Assembly: GCA_963666055.2 (NCBI GenBank) | Contig: CAXWPH010000014.1 | Coordinates: 416,001 to 480,000, forward strand | Origin: Acidobacteriota bacterium | GTDB taxonomy: Bacteria; Acidobacteriota; UBA890; WLXD01 | Length of the DNA: 64,000 nt | Direction of reading: 5' to 3' | Part shown: positions 33,491-43,620 of the stretch, piece by piece | Layout: each line of letters starts with the position of its first letter | Position numbering within the stretch: the first letter of the stretch is position 1 | Position numbers and translations under genes: made by a program | Notes under the pieces: generated by a model | The model's input: the letters and a program-made list of their open reading frames with translations, nothing else | Told to the model about the DNA's origin: nothing | Databases searched by the model: none

Positions 33491-34642
33491 ATGCCGGCTG
33501 AGATGGACTTCTCGAGCGGATTTGGTAACTTCGAGGGCCGAGCCTGGCTCAACACGGCACACCAGGGTGCGCTTCCCCTCCGCGCCGCCGACGAGGTCCG
33601 TGAGGCCATCGAGTGGAAGCTCGCGCCGCGAAGTCTCACGCCGGAGCGTTTTCGAGGAGTGCCCGATCGGCTTCGCACCGCCATCGGTCGCCTGCTCCAT
33701 GCTCCGCCTGAAGAGATCATCCTCGCCAACAGCGCCTCGTACGGCCTGCACCTGGTCGCCCAAGCGTTCCCGTGGGAGGCCGGCGACGAGGTGCTGGTGA
33801 TGGCAGGCGACTTCCCCGCCGACATCCTCCCCTGGCTCGCCCTCGAACAACGGCAGGATGTGACCGTCCGTCGCATTCGCCCCGCGCACCGGGTCATCGA
33901 GCCGGAGGATCTCATCGCCGCACTAGGCCCAAGAACCCGCTTGTTGTGCACCACCTGGGTGCACTCCTTCTCCGGCTACACCATCGATCTGGCAGGCCTC
34001 GGGAAGATCTGCCGAGAGCACGGCATCATCTTTCTGCTCAACGTGTCTCAAGGCCTGGGCGCCGCGCCGCTGGATACGCGAACCGCTCCGATCGATGGGT
34101 TGGTGAGCGCCGGGCACAAATGGCTGTGCGGCCCATACGGCACGGGAATCTGTTGGCTCCGTCCCGACCTGCGCGAACGGCTCCGGCAGGTCAAGGCGTA
34201 TTGGCTCGCCATGCAGACGCAGGAAGAGCTCGGCGATGAAGTCGTCGACGTGGCCTTGAAAGAAGGTCTCGGCGCCCGCGCCTTCGATGTGTTCGGGACG
34301 GCGAACTTCTTCAACTTCAAGCCCGCCGCGGCAGCGGTCGAGCTGCTGCTGGAGCTCGGCGTCGAGCGAATTCGAGCGCACGACCAGGCGCTCGTATCGC
34401 GGCTCATTGCCGGACTCCCAGAGCCCTACGAGCTGCTGAGCCCGGCCGACGGGCCGCGCCGCTCGACCCTGGTCTTCATCTCGCACCGCGACCCGGGTCG
34501 GAACCGCGACGTGCATGCAGCGCTGGCCGCCGCAGGGGTGGACATCGCCTTTCGAAACGGCGCCCTGCGGGTTGCTCCGCATCTCTACAACACACCCGCC
34601 GATATCGACCGCGCACTCTCAGTTCTCGATTCGTTCGAATAA
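33491..34642 (+). CDS. Class V PLP-dependent aminotransferase-fold enzyme
   Basis: WLNTAHQG, SAGHKWLCGPYG (PLP Lys), LRVAPHLYNT. Confidence 0.88.
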   Translation: MPAEMDFSSGFGNFEGRAWLNTAHQGALPLRAADEVREAIEWKLAPRSLTPERFRGVPDRLRTAIGRLLHAPPEEIILANSASYGLHLVAQAFPWEAGDEVLVMAGDFPADILPWLALEQRQDVTVRRIRPAHRVIEPEDLIAALGPRTRLLCTTWVHSFSGYTIDLAGLGKICREHGIIFLLNVSQGLGAAPLDTRTAPIDGLVSAGHKWLCGPYGTGICWLRPDLRERLRQVKAYWLAMQTQEELGDEVVDVALKEGLGARAFDVFGTANFFNFKPAAAAVELLLELGVERIRAHDQALVSRLIAGLPEPYELLSPADGPRRSTLVFISHRDPGRNRDVHAALAAAGVDIAFRNGALRVAPHLYNTPADIDRALSVLDSFE

Positions 34643-35157
34643 CTCACATTGAGCGACAGGTCGTTGGCCGGCCCGTCCGCCTCAGGGACCTTGGCGAGCC
34701 CGAAGTCGAGCACCTTGACCTTGCCATCGGGTGCGACCTGCGCGTTCGCCGGCTTCAGGTCACGATGGATGATGCCAGCCTCGTGAGCCGCTTCGAGCGC
34801 TAGGGGGATCTGCCGAGTGATGTCGAGCGCCTCGTCTACCACGATCCGGCCGGAGGCAGCAATCCGCTCGACTAGGCTGTGACCTTCGGCCACCTCCATG
34901 ACGATGAAACGCACCCCGTCAGACTCTTCGAACCCGTGGATGGTAGCGATGTTGGGGTGACTCAAGGAGGTAAGGAGCTTAGCTTCGCGCTCGAATCGAG
35001 CCAGAGGAACGGGGTCGTTCGCGATCTCTTCCGATAGCACCTTGATGGCAACATCACGGTCCAGCGTCGTATCGCGTGCCCGGTACACCTCGCCCATCCC
35101 GCCTGCGCCGAGCGGGGCGATGATCTCGTAGTGGCCGAGCGTCTTGCCGATCATCAA
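34640..35157 (-). pseudogene. Truncated Ser/Thr kinase (paralog of 3119..5695)
   Basis: [12 protein letters not shown]...HRDLKPAN...DFGLAK then ends before the activation segment and C-lobe, running into the aminotransferase stop. Confidence 0.85.
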
Positions 35158-35366
35158 GAGCCGTCCGTCGGCACTAGCCGTTCAGTGCCTCGAACCAATT
35201 GAGGACGACGTTGAGTCGTGTGCCGGGTGCCGCGCCCCCAGTCTCCTCACTACCAGCAGGCACCGTCACCAGGAGCTTCTGGCCATCGGCGGTGACATCG
35301 AAGTTGCTAGCGGCACGCATGACGATGTCCGAGACTTCGACAGGGTCGGATGCGGAAAACGACTCC
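34680..35366 (-). repeat. Inverted imperfect copy of ~2909-3600 (kinase-1 3' end + kinase-2 5' end)
   Basis: Reverse complement reproduces GAGTCGTTTTCCGCATCCGACCCTGTCGAAGTCTCGGACATCGTC...GGCTCTTGATGATCGGCAAGACGCTCGGCCACTACGAGATC, including the TGATG junction. Confidence 0.9.
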
Positions 35367-35439
35367 TGGAGTTTTCCAACGCTCCACCCGGCCGTAATCG
35401 TGCCTACTTTTTCCTCGAAGCCGATCGCGGCACCATGTC

Positions 35440-35928
35440 CGTTCGCCGCGCCTCGTACGCCGTCGCCAGGGTAGGAGCCACGATAGCGATGCGCGTCTCT
35501 GACTACTCGACCCAGGGCCGCCACGCTTTCTTTCGCCTTCACGAGAAGGGCGGAAAGTTCCACAAGGTCCCCGCGCACCACGTGGCGGCCGAGTACGTTG
35601 AGGAGTATGTAGCCGCCGCCGACGATCGCCGCGGGCCTCGCTTTCGTACCGCCCGCGGTCGCACACGTGCTCTCACAACCAACCCGATGAGCCAGAGCGA
35701 CGTTTGGCGCATGATCCGCCGCCGGGCCGAGACGCCGGTATAACCTCAGACATCGGCTGCTACTCTTGGCGGGGGACTGGCATTACCGCTTTCCTCGAGG
35801 CTGGTGGCGAGCTCGCCGTCGCACAGCAGCTCGCTGGCCATGAGTCGCCACGCACGACCAAGCTCTACGCCCGCCGGGCGGAGAAGATCAGCATCGGCGA
35901 GATCGAGCGGATTCGGCTCGGCAGCTGA
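35440..35928 (+). pseudogene. Tyrosine recombinase/integrase C-terminal remnant, frameshifted near 35735
   Basis: RLHEKGGKFHKVP, VWRMIRRRA / GCYSWRGTGITAFLEAGG..AQQLAGHESPRTTKLY; N-terminal half absent. Confidence 0.85.
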
Positions 35929-35993
35929 CTCTTTTCTGTCCCGTCTTGCCGGTGAAGAGCGGGCGGGTGTGGAAGACGTAGGGGGCAAAAGCA

Positions 35994-36770
35994 ATGATGG
36001 CCACGGGACAAATGGGGTGCCGGCCGTATCTCGAGCGTGTCTCGTTGGCCGAGAGCGACGAACCAGTCTTCCAGGAGCACCTGGCACGTTACCAGTTTGC
36101 GATGCACTTGGCAGACGGCAAGCTCGTGCTCGATGCGGCTTCGGGAACTGGATACGGGGCGGCGCTTCTGGCCCGCACGGCACGGTACGTGGTGGGCGTG
36201 GACATCGCTCGTGAAGCGGTAGTCGCGAGCCTACGCGATTTCTACAGCCCGAACCTGGGCTTCTTTCAGATGGATTGCAACCACCTGGGGTTCACGACGG
36301 CTGCCTTCGACCTTGTTTGCGCCTTCGAGATCATCGAGCACGTTGCAGGTCATCGCGAGATGATCCGGGAAATCGAACGCGTGCTGCGCCCCGGCGGAAG
36401 GTTTGTGGTATCCACCCCCAACCGCCGCCCGGAGGATCCTGTACCCCCTGCCAACCCACACCATGTCCAGGAGTTCTCGTCCAAGGAGCTAGCGGCCCTG
36501 CTCCGCGAGTTCTTCCCGCAGGTGGACCTGTACGGTCAGTGCGGAAGTCAGCGGGCGCATTCATGGAAACACGGAACGCCCCTCGAGCAACGGCTTGCCC
36601 GGCTCGATCCGCTGGGGATCCGGCGTCTGGTACCCAGCCCCCTGTATCGCGGCCTCCACCACCTGTTCCGAGTGCCCCTTCCCGAAGATCTCCGGCCATC
36701 CGACTATCCGATCACGCGTGAGGGATTGGAAACCGCGGACTTCGTGGTGGCCGTATGCGTGAGCGCTTGA
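35994..36770 (+). CDS. Class I SAM-dependent methyltransferase
   Basis: EHLARYQFA, VLDAASGTGYG, FEIIEHV, RVLRPGGRFVVSTPN, NPHHVQEF. Confidence 0.9.
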   Translation: MMATGQMGCRPYLERVSLAESDEPVFQEHLARYQFAMHLADGKLVLDAASGTGYGAALLARTARYVVGVDIAREAVVASLRDFYSPNLGFFQMDCNHLGFTTAAFDLVCAFEIIEHVAGHREMIREIERVLRPGGRFVVSTPNRRPEDPVPPANPHHVQEFSSKELAALLREFFPQVDLYGQCGSQRAHSWKHGTPLEQRLARLDPLGIRRLVPSPLYRGLHHLFRVPLPEDLRPSDYPITREGLETADFVVAVCVSA

Positions 36771-36823
36771 TGAGTGAAACGGAGAGCGCTTCAGCGGGGC
36801 GAGCGGTGTCCAGACTTGAAGCC

Positions 36824-36889
36824 ACCGGTATTACAGCCTTCCTCGAAGCCGGCGGAGAGCTCGCCGTCGCCCAGCAGCTCGCCGGCCAT
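36824..36889 (+). repeat. Second copy of an integrase segment (direct repeat of 35776-35841)
   Basis: Both encode TGITAFLEAGGELAVAQQLAGH and differ only at synonymous sites. Confidence 0.85.
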
Positions 36890-37100
36890 AGCTGCTGGTT
36901 GGCGTTGAACACCACCGAGCTGCCATCGGGTGAGATCGCAACACCCAGGGTGGAAGTGCTCTCGAAAGCAGTCTCTGGTGGATAGTCGATGTAGAAGCGG
37001 CGAATGAGGGACTCTGGCGGCTCTGGCGCTGACGGGGTCGTGATCCAGACTCCGAAAGCCCCCAGAAGGGGAGGCTTCTCAGGGCTCCTAAGAAGACATA
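36886..37100 (-). pseudogene. Internal fragment of a kinase-TolB gene (post-TM start of the propeller)
   Basis: APEPPESLIRRFYIDYPP...GVAISPDGSSVVFNANQQLW resembles the region after the TM in 1065..3122. Confidence 0.65.
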
Positions 37101-37308
37101 CGACTGGTATCGGCAAAGCATGCCTCATATTCTTGGGCGGATGGACTCACTACGACCAGTACACCTTCAATCTCGATGAGGCCGGCGAGGCGGAGAGCCT
37201 GACGGTGCATCAGTCCAGCCAGCAACGACGAGCCCGCAAGCGAGGCTAGCAGGCCGTCGTGAAAGTGTGGTGGGCCTGGTTACGGCGAGTTGGGGCCACC
37301 TCGCGGAG

Positions 37309-39738
37309 CTACTCTGCGCGCAAAACTCCCGCTGGTTCCTGCAGCGCCGCGCGCGTCGCGGGGAGCCAGCCCACGCCAACGGAGACCGCCATGACTGCCA
37401 TGGCGGCAGCTGCGAAGCTCCCCACGTCGCGGGCGGGCACGTCGACCAGCGATGCCACCAACGCGCCGGCCGCCAGATAGGCACCGACCAGGCCGGCCGC
37501 CACGCCGACCAGCACGCCACGGAGTGGCTTGGTCAGCGCCTCTCGACGTAGCTTGCCGGGAGTCGCCCCCACGGCCGACCGGATTGCGATCTCCCGGCGC
37601 CTGGCCGCCAACGAGTGCGCCACAGTTCCGTACAGACCGGTGACCGCAAGGATCAGTCCAAGCGAGCCGAATGCGCTGGCGATGGCTGCATTCGTGCGCG
37701 ACTCCGCCAGGGCCCTGTCGACCAGCGCGACCAGCGGCTTGGGGTCATCGATAGGAATCAGCCTGTCGAGGCGAGAGAGAGCGTCGCGCAGGGCCGCCAT
37801 GGCCGGGTTCAAGCCCGGCTCTCGCGCCCGCAGCAGTACGCTGAGCTGCGGCCAATACAACTGGTCGAGTGGAACGTGGACGAACGGGACACCGGCTCCT
37901 GTAAGGGAGTTGTATCGGTAGTCCGCAACGACTCCAATAATGGTGCGCGAGCCTGCGTCCCAGGAGAGCCGGATCTGGCTCCCCACCGGGGTGCCTCCCA
38001 GAAGTCGTGCCAGCGTTTCGCCGATGACCGCCACCTGCTCGCCATCGCGCCTATCCGAGTCGGTGATTGCTCGGCCCGCCAGAAGCGGAACCTCTAGAAG
38101 CTCGAGGTAACCGGAAGACACTGACGCCAGGCGCGCGTCGATCACGTCGAAAGCGTCCGCCGGTGACGTGATCTCGACGTTGGTGCGAACCGGCTGCAGC
38201 AGTAGAGAGGAGCTAAGTGCGACAGCCTCGACGCCCGGATGTCGGGCGAGCGCGCTCAGCAGCTGCGCATACAACGCACCGCCGTTGCTGTCGTCATAGG
38301 TATTGCGATCGAGTGTGATGCTGGCGGTGGTGATTCCCGACGTCCTGAAGCCCGGATCGATGGCCGCCGCGTTCCAGGCGCTGCGTAGGAGCAAGCTCAT
38401 GGCGACAAGCAATATGGTTGAGCCTGCCACTTGAGCGGTCACCAAGGTGGCTGCGACCCGCGACTGCCTGAGCCCACCCATGCTTGCTTGCGTCGCGTCG
38501 ACATCGCGCAGCTCAACCAAGCCCACCAGCAGGCCCAGAAGCAGGCAACCGCACACGCCGGCAAAGGCCCCGAGCGCCGCAGCGCCACCGTCGAACGACA
38601 GGTCAACATGAGCCGGCACGGGTAGCGGCAGGCCCACGACGAGCGGCGCGACGATCCTCATGAACACAAGACCCAGAAAGGTCCCCGCTGCCCCCAAGAT
38701 GCCGACTTCGGCGGCGAGCCGGCGCGACAACTGAGCCCGACCGGCTCCCAGCGCCCGACGGATGGCCATCTCTTCAGCCCTTACCTGGCCTTGGGCGATC
38801 ATCATCGTCGACAGATTGGCCGCCGCTGTCGCGAGCACCAATAGAGCCAGGATCCCGAAACCACCGAGTACACGGGCAACCGTGCCGCGGTAGGCGGGCC
38901 AGATGCGCAGCTGGCGCGCCGGCAACATCTCCAGAGCCCAGGTGTTCGCAGCGTCGTCGGTGTCGGGGTGGTCCATGCGGTCGAATACCGGGCCAGCGCC
39001 CGTTTCTGGAACAACACCCTGGCGCAATCGTCCGATGGTCTGTAGCCAGTGCAGCGACGCGTCCTGCAAGAGCTCCTCGTCACTACCCCAGATCGCTGCT
39101 TCCGCTTCGATCGGTGCCCAGAAATCGGGATCCCAGGCGGGCCCGCGGAAACCCGCCGGCGCCACGCCGATCACGGTGAAGGAATTGCGATTGAGGCGCA
39201 CCGTCCGTCCAATGACATCCGGTCTGCCCTCGAACTGTTGTCGCCACAGTCGGTGGCTCAGCACAACCAGATCGCTCGCTCCTTCAGCTGGATCGAAGAA
39301 CCTCCCGACGGCTGGTTCAACGCCGAGCACTGAGAAGTAATTCCGTGTTACTAGCTCGCCTACTGTTTGAGATGGGTGATCAGCCTCACCGAGTGGCGCC
39401 CATATCCGAGAGAAAGCGGCGAGCTGTGCTCGGTTGATCAGCTCGTGCTGAAGCGACAACACTTCCTGATATGAGAGTTCACGAAAGGCGTTCCGCTCGC
39501 TCTGCGTCTCATAGAGGGTGAACAGACTCGCGGGGTTCTCGAAAGGAAGCCGCCGCATCAGCATCTGCTCCAGCGTCGCCGCACCCAGCCCAACGGCGGT
39601 GATCCCGAGGCCAAGCGTCACGGCGGCGGCCACGGTGGTCGCGGGTCGCCGTCGGAGGCTCCTCAGCGCTGCGCGGATCTCGGCTAACACAGCTGACACA
39701 TCTGTTGGTTCGCTCGCTATAGGACGACGTGGGACCAT
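37309..39738 (-). CDS. ADOP-like duplicated ABC permease (divergent)
   Basis: AAVTLGLGI, YFSVLGVEPAVGRFF, EMAIRRALGA, REIAIRSAVGA, LPATRAA..P..VLRAE. Confidence 0.88.
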   Translation of the reverse strand: MVPRRPIASEPTDVSAVLAEIRAALRSLRRRPATTVAAAVTLGLGITAVGLGAATLEQMLMRRLPFENPASLFTLYETQSERNAFRELSYQEVLSLQHELINRAQLAAFSRIWAPLGEADHPSQTVGELVTRNYFSVLGVEPAVGRFFDPAEGASDLVVLSHRLWRQQFEGRPDVIGRTVRLNRNSFTVIGVAPAGFRGPAWDPDFWAPIEAEAAIWGSDEELLQDASLHWLQTIGRLRQGVVPETGAGPVFDRMDHPDTDDAANTWALEMLPARQLRIWPAYRGTVARVLGGFGILALLVLATAAANLSTMMIAQGQVRAEEMAIRRALGAGRAQLSRRLAAEVGILGAAGTFLGLVFMRIVAPLVVGLPLPVPAHVDLSFDGGAAALGAFAGVCGCLLLGLLVGLVELRDVDATQASMGGLRQSRVAATLVTAQVAGSTILLVAMSLLLRSAWNAAAIDPGFRTSGITTASITLDRNTYDDSNGGALYAQLLSALARHPGVEAVALSSSLLLQPVRTNVEITSPADAFDVIDARLASVSSGYLELLEVPLLAGRAITDSDRRDGEQVAVIGETLARLLGGTPVGSQIRLSWDAGSRTIIGVVADYRYNSLTGAGVPFVHVPLDQLYWPQLSVLLRAREPGLNPAMAALRDALSRLDRLIPIDDPKPLVALVDRALAESRTNAAIASAFGSLGLILAVTGLYGTVAHSLAARRREIAIRSAVGATPGKLRREALTKPLRGVLVGVAAGLVGAYLAAGALVASLVDVPARDVGSFAAAAMAVMAVSVGVGWLPATRAALQEPAGVLRAE

Positions 39739-39802
39739 GCCGCGGCCTGCTCTCCTGGCAGTCCGCTTACCGCAGCGGTGCTAGTGGCTATCGACGCGGA
39801 AC

Positions 39803-41767
39803 TCAGATCCGCGGGAACCAGCCGTGGCGCATTTGCATGAGCTCCCCGACGGCGCGGTGAGCCTCGTCGAAGGCGGTCTGGGTGAGGTCGATCCCCGAGG
39901 CATCCGTGTTGGCGATCGTGATCCGCCCGAACGGCTGACTGGCGACTTTCCAGGGCTCCTCGCCGGGAGCCCACTCCGGATCGAAGAGCGTGTTGGTCGC
40001 CAAGGCGTAGCCGTGCGGCCAGCGGTTCACGGTGATCGCCTCTATGTCGCGCGCCGGGTCGAAGCCCGCCGGCGATAGCACTCGCGCCATCTGCTCGCGA
40101 ATGCGCCGTTCGAAGTCCTCGAAGGATGTCTCCAGGAGCGCCTGTCGCACCGCGCGCATCTGCTCCCGAACCGGGGTGCCCGGTGGAATCGGCTCTCCAC
40201 GGCGTAGACCTCGAACCATCGGCTCCCAGGCGAGCACCCCGCCGGCAGAGTCCATCAAGACGACGATCGGGTCGGTGGGCGAGCGCGGTGGATCGTAGGT
40301 TCCCAGCGTGATCGATGCGCGAGGAATGATGTCGCTGTAGAACGAGCCCGGACACGAAATGCTGGAGACCCCCAGTTCCTCGAACGGCCTCCAGTCGCGC
40401 ACCAAGACGTTGGTTTTCATGTGCACGGCGCGTGCCGCGAGGCTCAGCGCTTCCTTTTGCTCGGTCGGGAGCTCGGGGCACAGATGCGGGATCATGGTGT
40501 GGTAGCAGGCCAGCACGCAGCCCTTGCCCCGCACCCGGTAGGCCTTCCCATCGCGCACGTAGGTGACCTCAGTCTCGCGGGGGTCCGAGCTCAGAAGCTC
40601 CCGTGGATCCCCGGCATGCCGTACCCCTACGGCGGCACTATTGAGCCGCAGGCGCACCGGCGAGCGCCGCTCGTCGAGCTTCGAGTAATCGGTTCGCCGC
40701 AACTCGAGGTCGGCCATCGACCCGGCCGGCAGGGTCGCCGGGATCAACGACCGCACGATCATCCGCGCAATGTCGGAGTTGCCGGCGGGAAAGTAGACAT
40801 CCGTCTTGCCGTGCTCGGGGAGCGCCGGCGACTCCGCCGGAATCGGGATCCCCAATCCCCGGAAACCCGGCAGGCCACGATAGAGCGCGAACCAGGCGCT
40901 CGAGGTATCGGCGCCCAGACACCAGACCCCACCCACCAGCGGCAGCACGTCTGGATGCACCTTGACGAGATCGAGCAGGTAATCGCGGTAGCTGATGCGT
41001 TGCAACCGCTGGATCTTGTCCTCCCTCGACAACCCCGGCAGATAGTCGCGCCGGTCGTTCCAGAGGCGCAGTAGGTCCCGGCGTACCGGCTCAGAGAGCG
41101 GCGTCTTGGCGAGGAACTCCTCGGTAGGTTGCCGGACACTGCCGCTGACCAGGACGTCCTTCCCGAAGCTCTCCTCGTGAAAGAACACGGCCGGCTCCAT
41201 CCCCAACGACCTGAACATCCCGCGATGCACGTTGTTGGTCGGATGGTCGAGCTCGACGCCGATGTCCTCGAGCATCTGCCGCGCCGGCAACGGGTAAAGC
41301 GCTGGTTGCACCATGTAATTCGTGCCGCCGGTGGCGAGCAGCACCTCGCCGTCGTGCTCGAACTCGTTGCGCTTGGCGTGGCCGCCGAAGTCGTCGTGGG
41401 TCTCGAGGATCAGGATGCGGGCGTCAGGGCTCGCCGCCTTGCGGAAGAAATACGCCGCAGCCAGACCACTGAGGCCGGCACCGACGACGATCAGATCGTA
41501 GGTCTCGCCGGTATCCTCGGCTCCATCAAACCTCATCCCGTCGCGGGCGGCATGCGCCGCTTCGAACGAGCCCGGATGGGAGCCGCGCATACCGGTGCGA
41601 GCCGGCGGGTAGTAGCCTGCCGCCTTCTCGGGTGCGTAGGTCTGTGTCATGCCAGCGGCGCGTAGTCTGGCCGGCAGCGCCAGCGCCCCGCCGACGGCAA
41701 CACTGACACCGTTGACGAAATCCCGTCGGGTGATATCGCGGTTCATTCCCAGGTCGCGGTCGCTCAT
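39803..41767 (-). CDS. NAD(P)/FAD-dependent oxidoreductase (spermidine dehydrogenase-like), Tat-like N-terminus
   Basis: TRRDF twin-arginine motif, YYPPARTGMRGSHPGSFE, VGAGLSGL, DDFGGHAKRNEF, ITVNRWPHGYA. Confidence 0.88.
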   Translation of the reverse strand: MSDRDLGMNRDITRRDFVNGVSVAVGGALALPARLRAAGMTQTYAPEKAAGYYPPARTGMRGSHPGSFEAAHAARDGMRFDGAEDTGETYDLIVVGAGLSGLAAAYFFRKAASPDARILILETHDDFGGHAKRNEFEHDGEVLLATGGTNYMVQPALYPLPARQMLEDIGVELDHPTNNVHRGMFRSLGMEPAVFFHEESFGKDVLVSGSVRQPTEEFLAKTPLSEPVRRDLLRLWNDRRDYLPGLSREDKIQRLQRISYRDYLLDLVKVHPDVLPLVGGVWCLGADTSSAWFALYRGLPGFRGLGIPIPAESPALPEHGKTDVYFPAGNSDIARMIVRSLIPATLPAGSMADLELRRTDYSKLDERRSPVRLRLNSAAVGVRHAGDPRELLSSDPRETEVTYVRDGKAYRVRGKGCVLACYHTMIPHLCPELPTEQKEALSLAARAVHMKTNVLVRDWRPFEELGVSSISCPGSFYSDIIPRASITLGTYDPPRSPTDPIVVLMDSAGGVLAWEPMVRGLRRGEPIPPGTPVREQMRAVRQALLETSFEDFERRIREQMARVLSPAGFDPARDIEAITVNRWPHGYALATNTLFDPEWAPGEEPWKVASQPFGRITIANTDASGIDLTQTAFDEAHRAVGELMQMRHGWFPRI

Positions 41768-41968
41768 GGCTTACCTCAGGCGTGGGGTGCGATTTCGGTC
41801 ATGTGCCACTTGATGAATCCCGCGGGTCCGCCTTCTCTCCCATGACCTGCGCCAAGTGTTTGGGCTACTTCGTAACTCATTGAATCGGTGCTGGCAAGAG
41901 GTTATTGGAGCCGGCAAAGCGGAGCGTAGCCGGTCGTGAGGCTGGACTCGTGAACAGCTGAACAAGGG

Positions 41969-42610
41969 TCAGGCGATGTCGCGGCGGATCAACTCGATGT
42001 TCAGGTCACTTCGGATGTAGATCTCGATGAATTCGGGTAGCCACACGTCGTTCGCTATGAGCGTAAATCGCTCGACCAACCTGTGCTCAGGCCTGTCGGT
42101 GAGGTGAACGATACGCCATGTGTTCAGGGGTCTCGATTCGTCGCCACCAACCGCGTGTTCGACGTGAAACAGGGGCTGTCTCTCACCGGCGCGAAGAAGG
42201 TTCTTGTCGCGATCCGGAAGCTCTGCCGCTCCGATGAAAGTGACCTTCTGCTCCGTGGAATCGAGACGGACGTGTTCCAGGACCAGCCCGTACTCGGTAG
42301 GTTCGAGCCAAAGCCGCTGCTGCGACGATCTTACGAAGCACTCGGTTCCGTCGGCCGCCGAGCGCCCGCCCCAAGCGTGGGCGCTCCCATGCCGTACAAC
42401 GGAGGGAATATAGCGGTCGGGCCTCCATCCCTTCTGAACCTCCATGTCCCATAGCATGGTGCAGGTGAATAGGAGCGGTTCGCTCGTGCGGTAGCGCTCG
42501 GCGAGCACCCGGTTGACGTCGACCGGAGGCAGGTCGGACCGCGTATTGTTGGGATCGCTCCAGGCCCGCTCAAACTCGCCTTCATGATCAGACTTACTGA
42601 TCGAGTTCAT
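41969..42610 (-). CDS. Hypothetical protein
   Basis: Clean ORF with GGAG RBS, co-oriented with its neighbours; no family recognised with confidence. Confidence 0.6.
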   Translation of the reverse strand: MNSISKSDHEGEFERAWSDPNNTRSDLPPVDVNRVLAERYRTSEPLLFTCTMLWDMEVQKGWRPDRYIPSVVRHGSAHAWGGRSAADGTECFVRSSQQRLWLEPTEYGLVLEHVRLDSTEQKVTFIGAAELPDRDKNLLRAGERQPLFHVEHAVGGDESRPLNTWRIVHLTDRPEHRLVERFTLIANDVWLPEFIEIYIRSDLNIELIRRDIA

Positions 42611-42685
42611 CGTCGACTCCTGCAACTTTGTAGTGGCGCCCAACTATTAATTGTCTTGCGAAAGCCCGCCGCGCGAGAGTACGAC

Positions 42686-43567
42686 CTACTTCCGAAGGTA
42701 CGTGAAGTCTTTCAGAACCCTCGGCGCCTGGCGCCACGACGTATTCGGCTCGGCGACCCGCGCGGCAACGGAAACCGTGAGCGGTGCCTCGTCGAACGGG
42801 TACGGATCGATCACTAGCTGGCCGGCGCCCGCCGGGTTGAGCTCGATCGAAACTCGATCCTCCCAGCTTCGCCGCGGCACGTCTTCAAACACGATATGGT
42901 CCTCCCCGAGCCCTTTCGCTTCGCCCTCCAGCGGCGCGATGGCCGCAGCGCATATCGCCAGCGAGAAGGCGTCCAGAGTCTGTAGCAGGCGCGCATGGGG
43001 GTTTCGCTGTTCCGGCTCGAGTGCGGCGCTCCAGAAACTGTCCTCTTCGAGCCGACGCTGGAACGCTCCCTGCATCTCGCGCACGTCGGCCAGAAACCGG
43101 CGCGCCTCCGACTCCAGCTCCTTCGAATACAGCGCACGGCGGCCGCGCTGCAGGTGGTGGGTGAACTCCGGCGGCGGATCGGTATCGAACTGCACCGCGT
43201 AGAGCCAATAAGCATGATCGCTCATCAGCAGACTGGCATACGGATGCTGTTCGGCCAGCCGCGGAATGCCCAGCAGCCATCTTTCCATGCCCGCCACCGG
43301 GTCAGCGAGCACCTCGGCCAAGCCTTGCGGCAGCCCGTCTTCGGCGGAAAGCGGCGGGTCCGCCTCCCACTCCCACCAGCCGTTGTCGTGCTCAGCTACA
43401 GCGAGCACCACTTCCTGGCGCAGGCGCTCCGAGTCTTCCGACGCGGCGAAATCGCCGGGGCGCTTGAACTCCTCGTTGCCCCAATGCACCGCCATCGTCC
43501 CGGCCAGTTCCGCGTGCGCCGGCTGCGTGATCAACCATACCTCCGAGCCGCGTGTCGTCTTCAACAT
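42686..43567 (-). CDS. DUF3891-family protein
   Basis: LITQPAHAELAG..WGN, AEHDNGWWEWE, LVIDPYPF. Confidence 0.8.
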   Translation of the reverse strand: MLKTTRGSEVWLITQPAHAELAGTMAVHWGNEEFKRPGDFAASEDSERLRQEVVLAVAEHDNGWWEWEADPPLSAEDGLPQGLAEVLADPVAGMERWLLGIPRLAEQHPYASLLMSDHAYWLYAVQFDTDPPPEFTHHLQRGRRALYSKELESEARRFLADVREMQGAFQRRLEEDSFWSAALEPEQRNPHARLLQTLDAFSLAICAAAIAPLEGEAKGLGEDHIVFEDVPRRSWEDRVSIELNPAGAGQLVIDPYPFDEAPLTVSVAARVAEPNTSWRQAPRVLKDFTYLRK

Positions 43568-43620
43568 GATTACTCCCTTTGACGCCTAACAGGCGGTCAG
43601 CACATCGGTCGTCCAGATCG

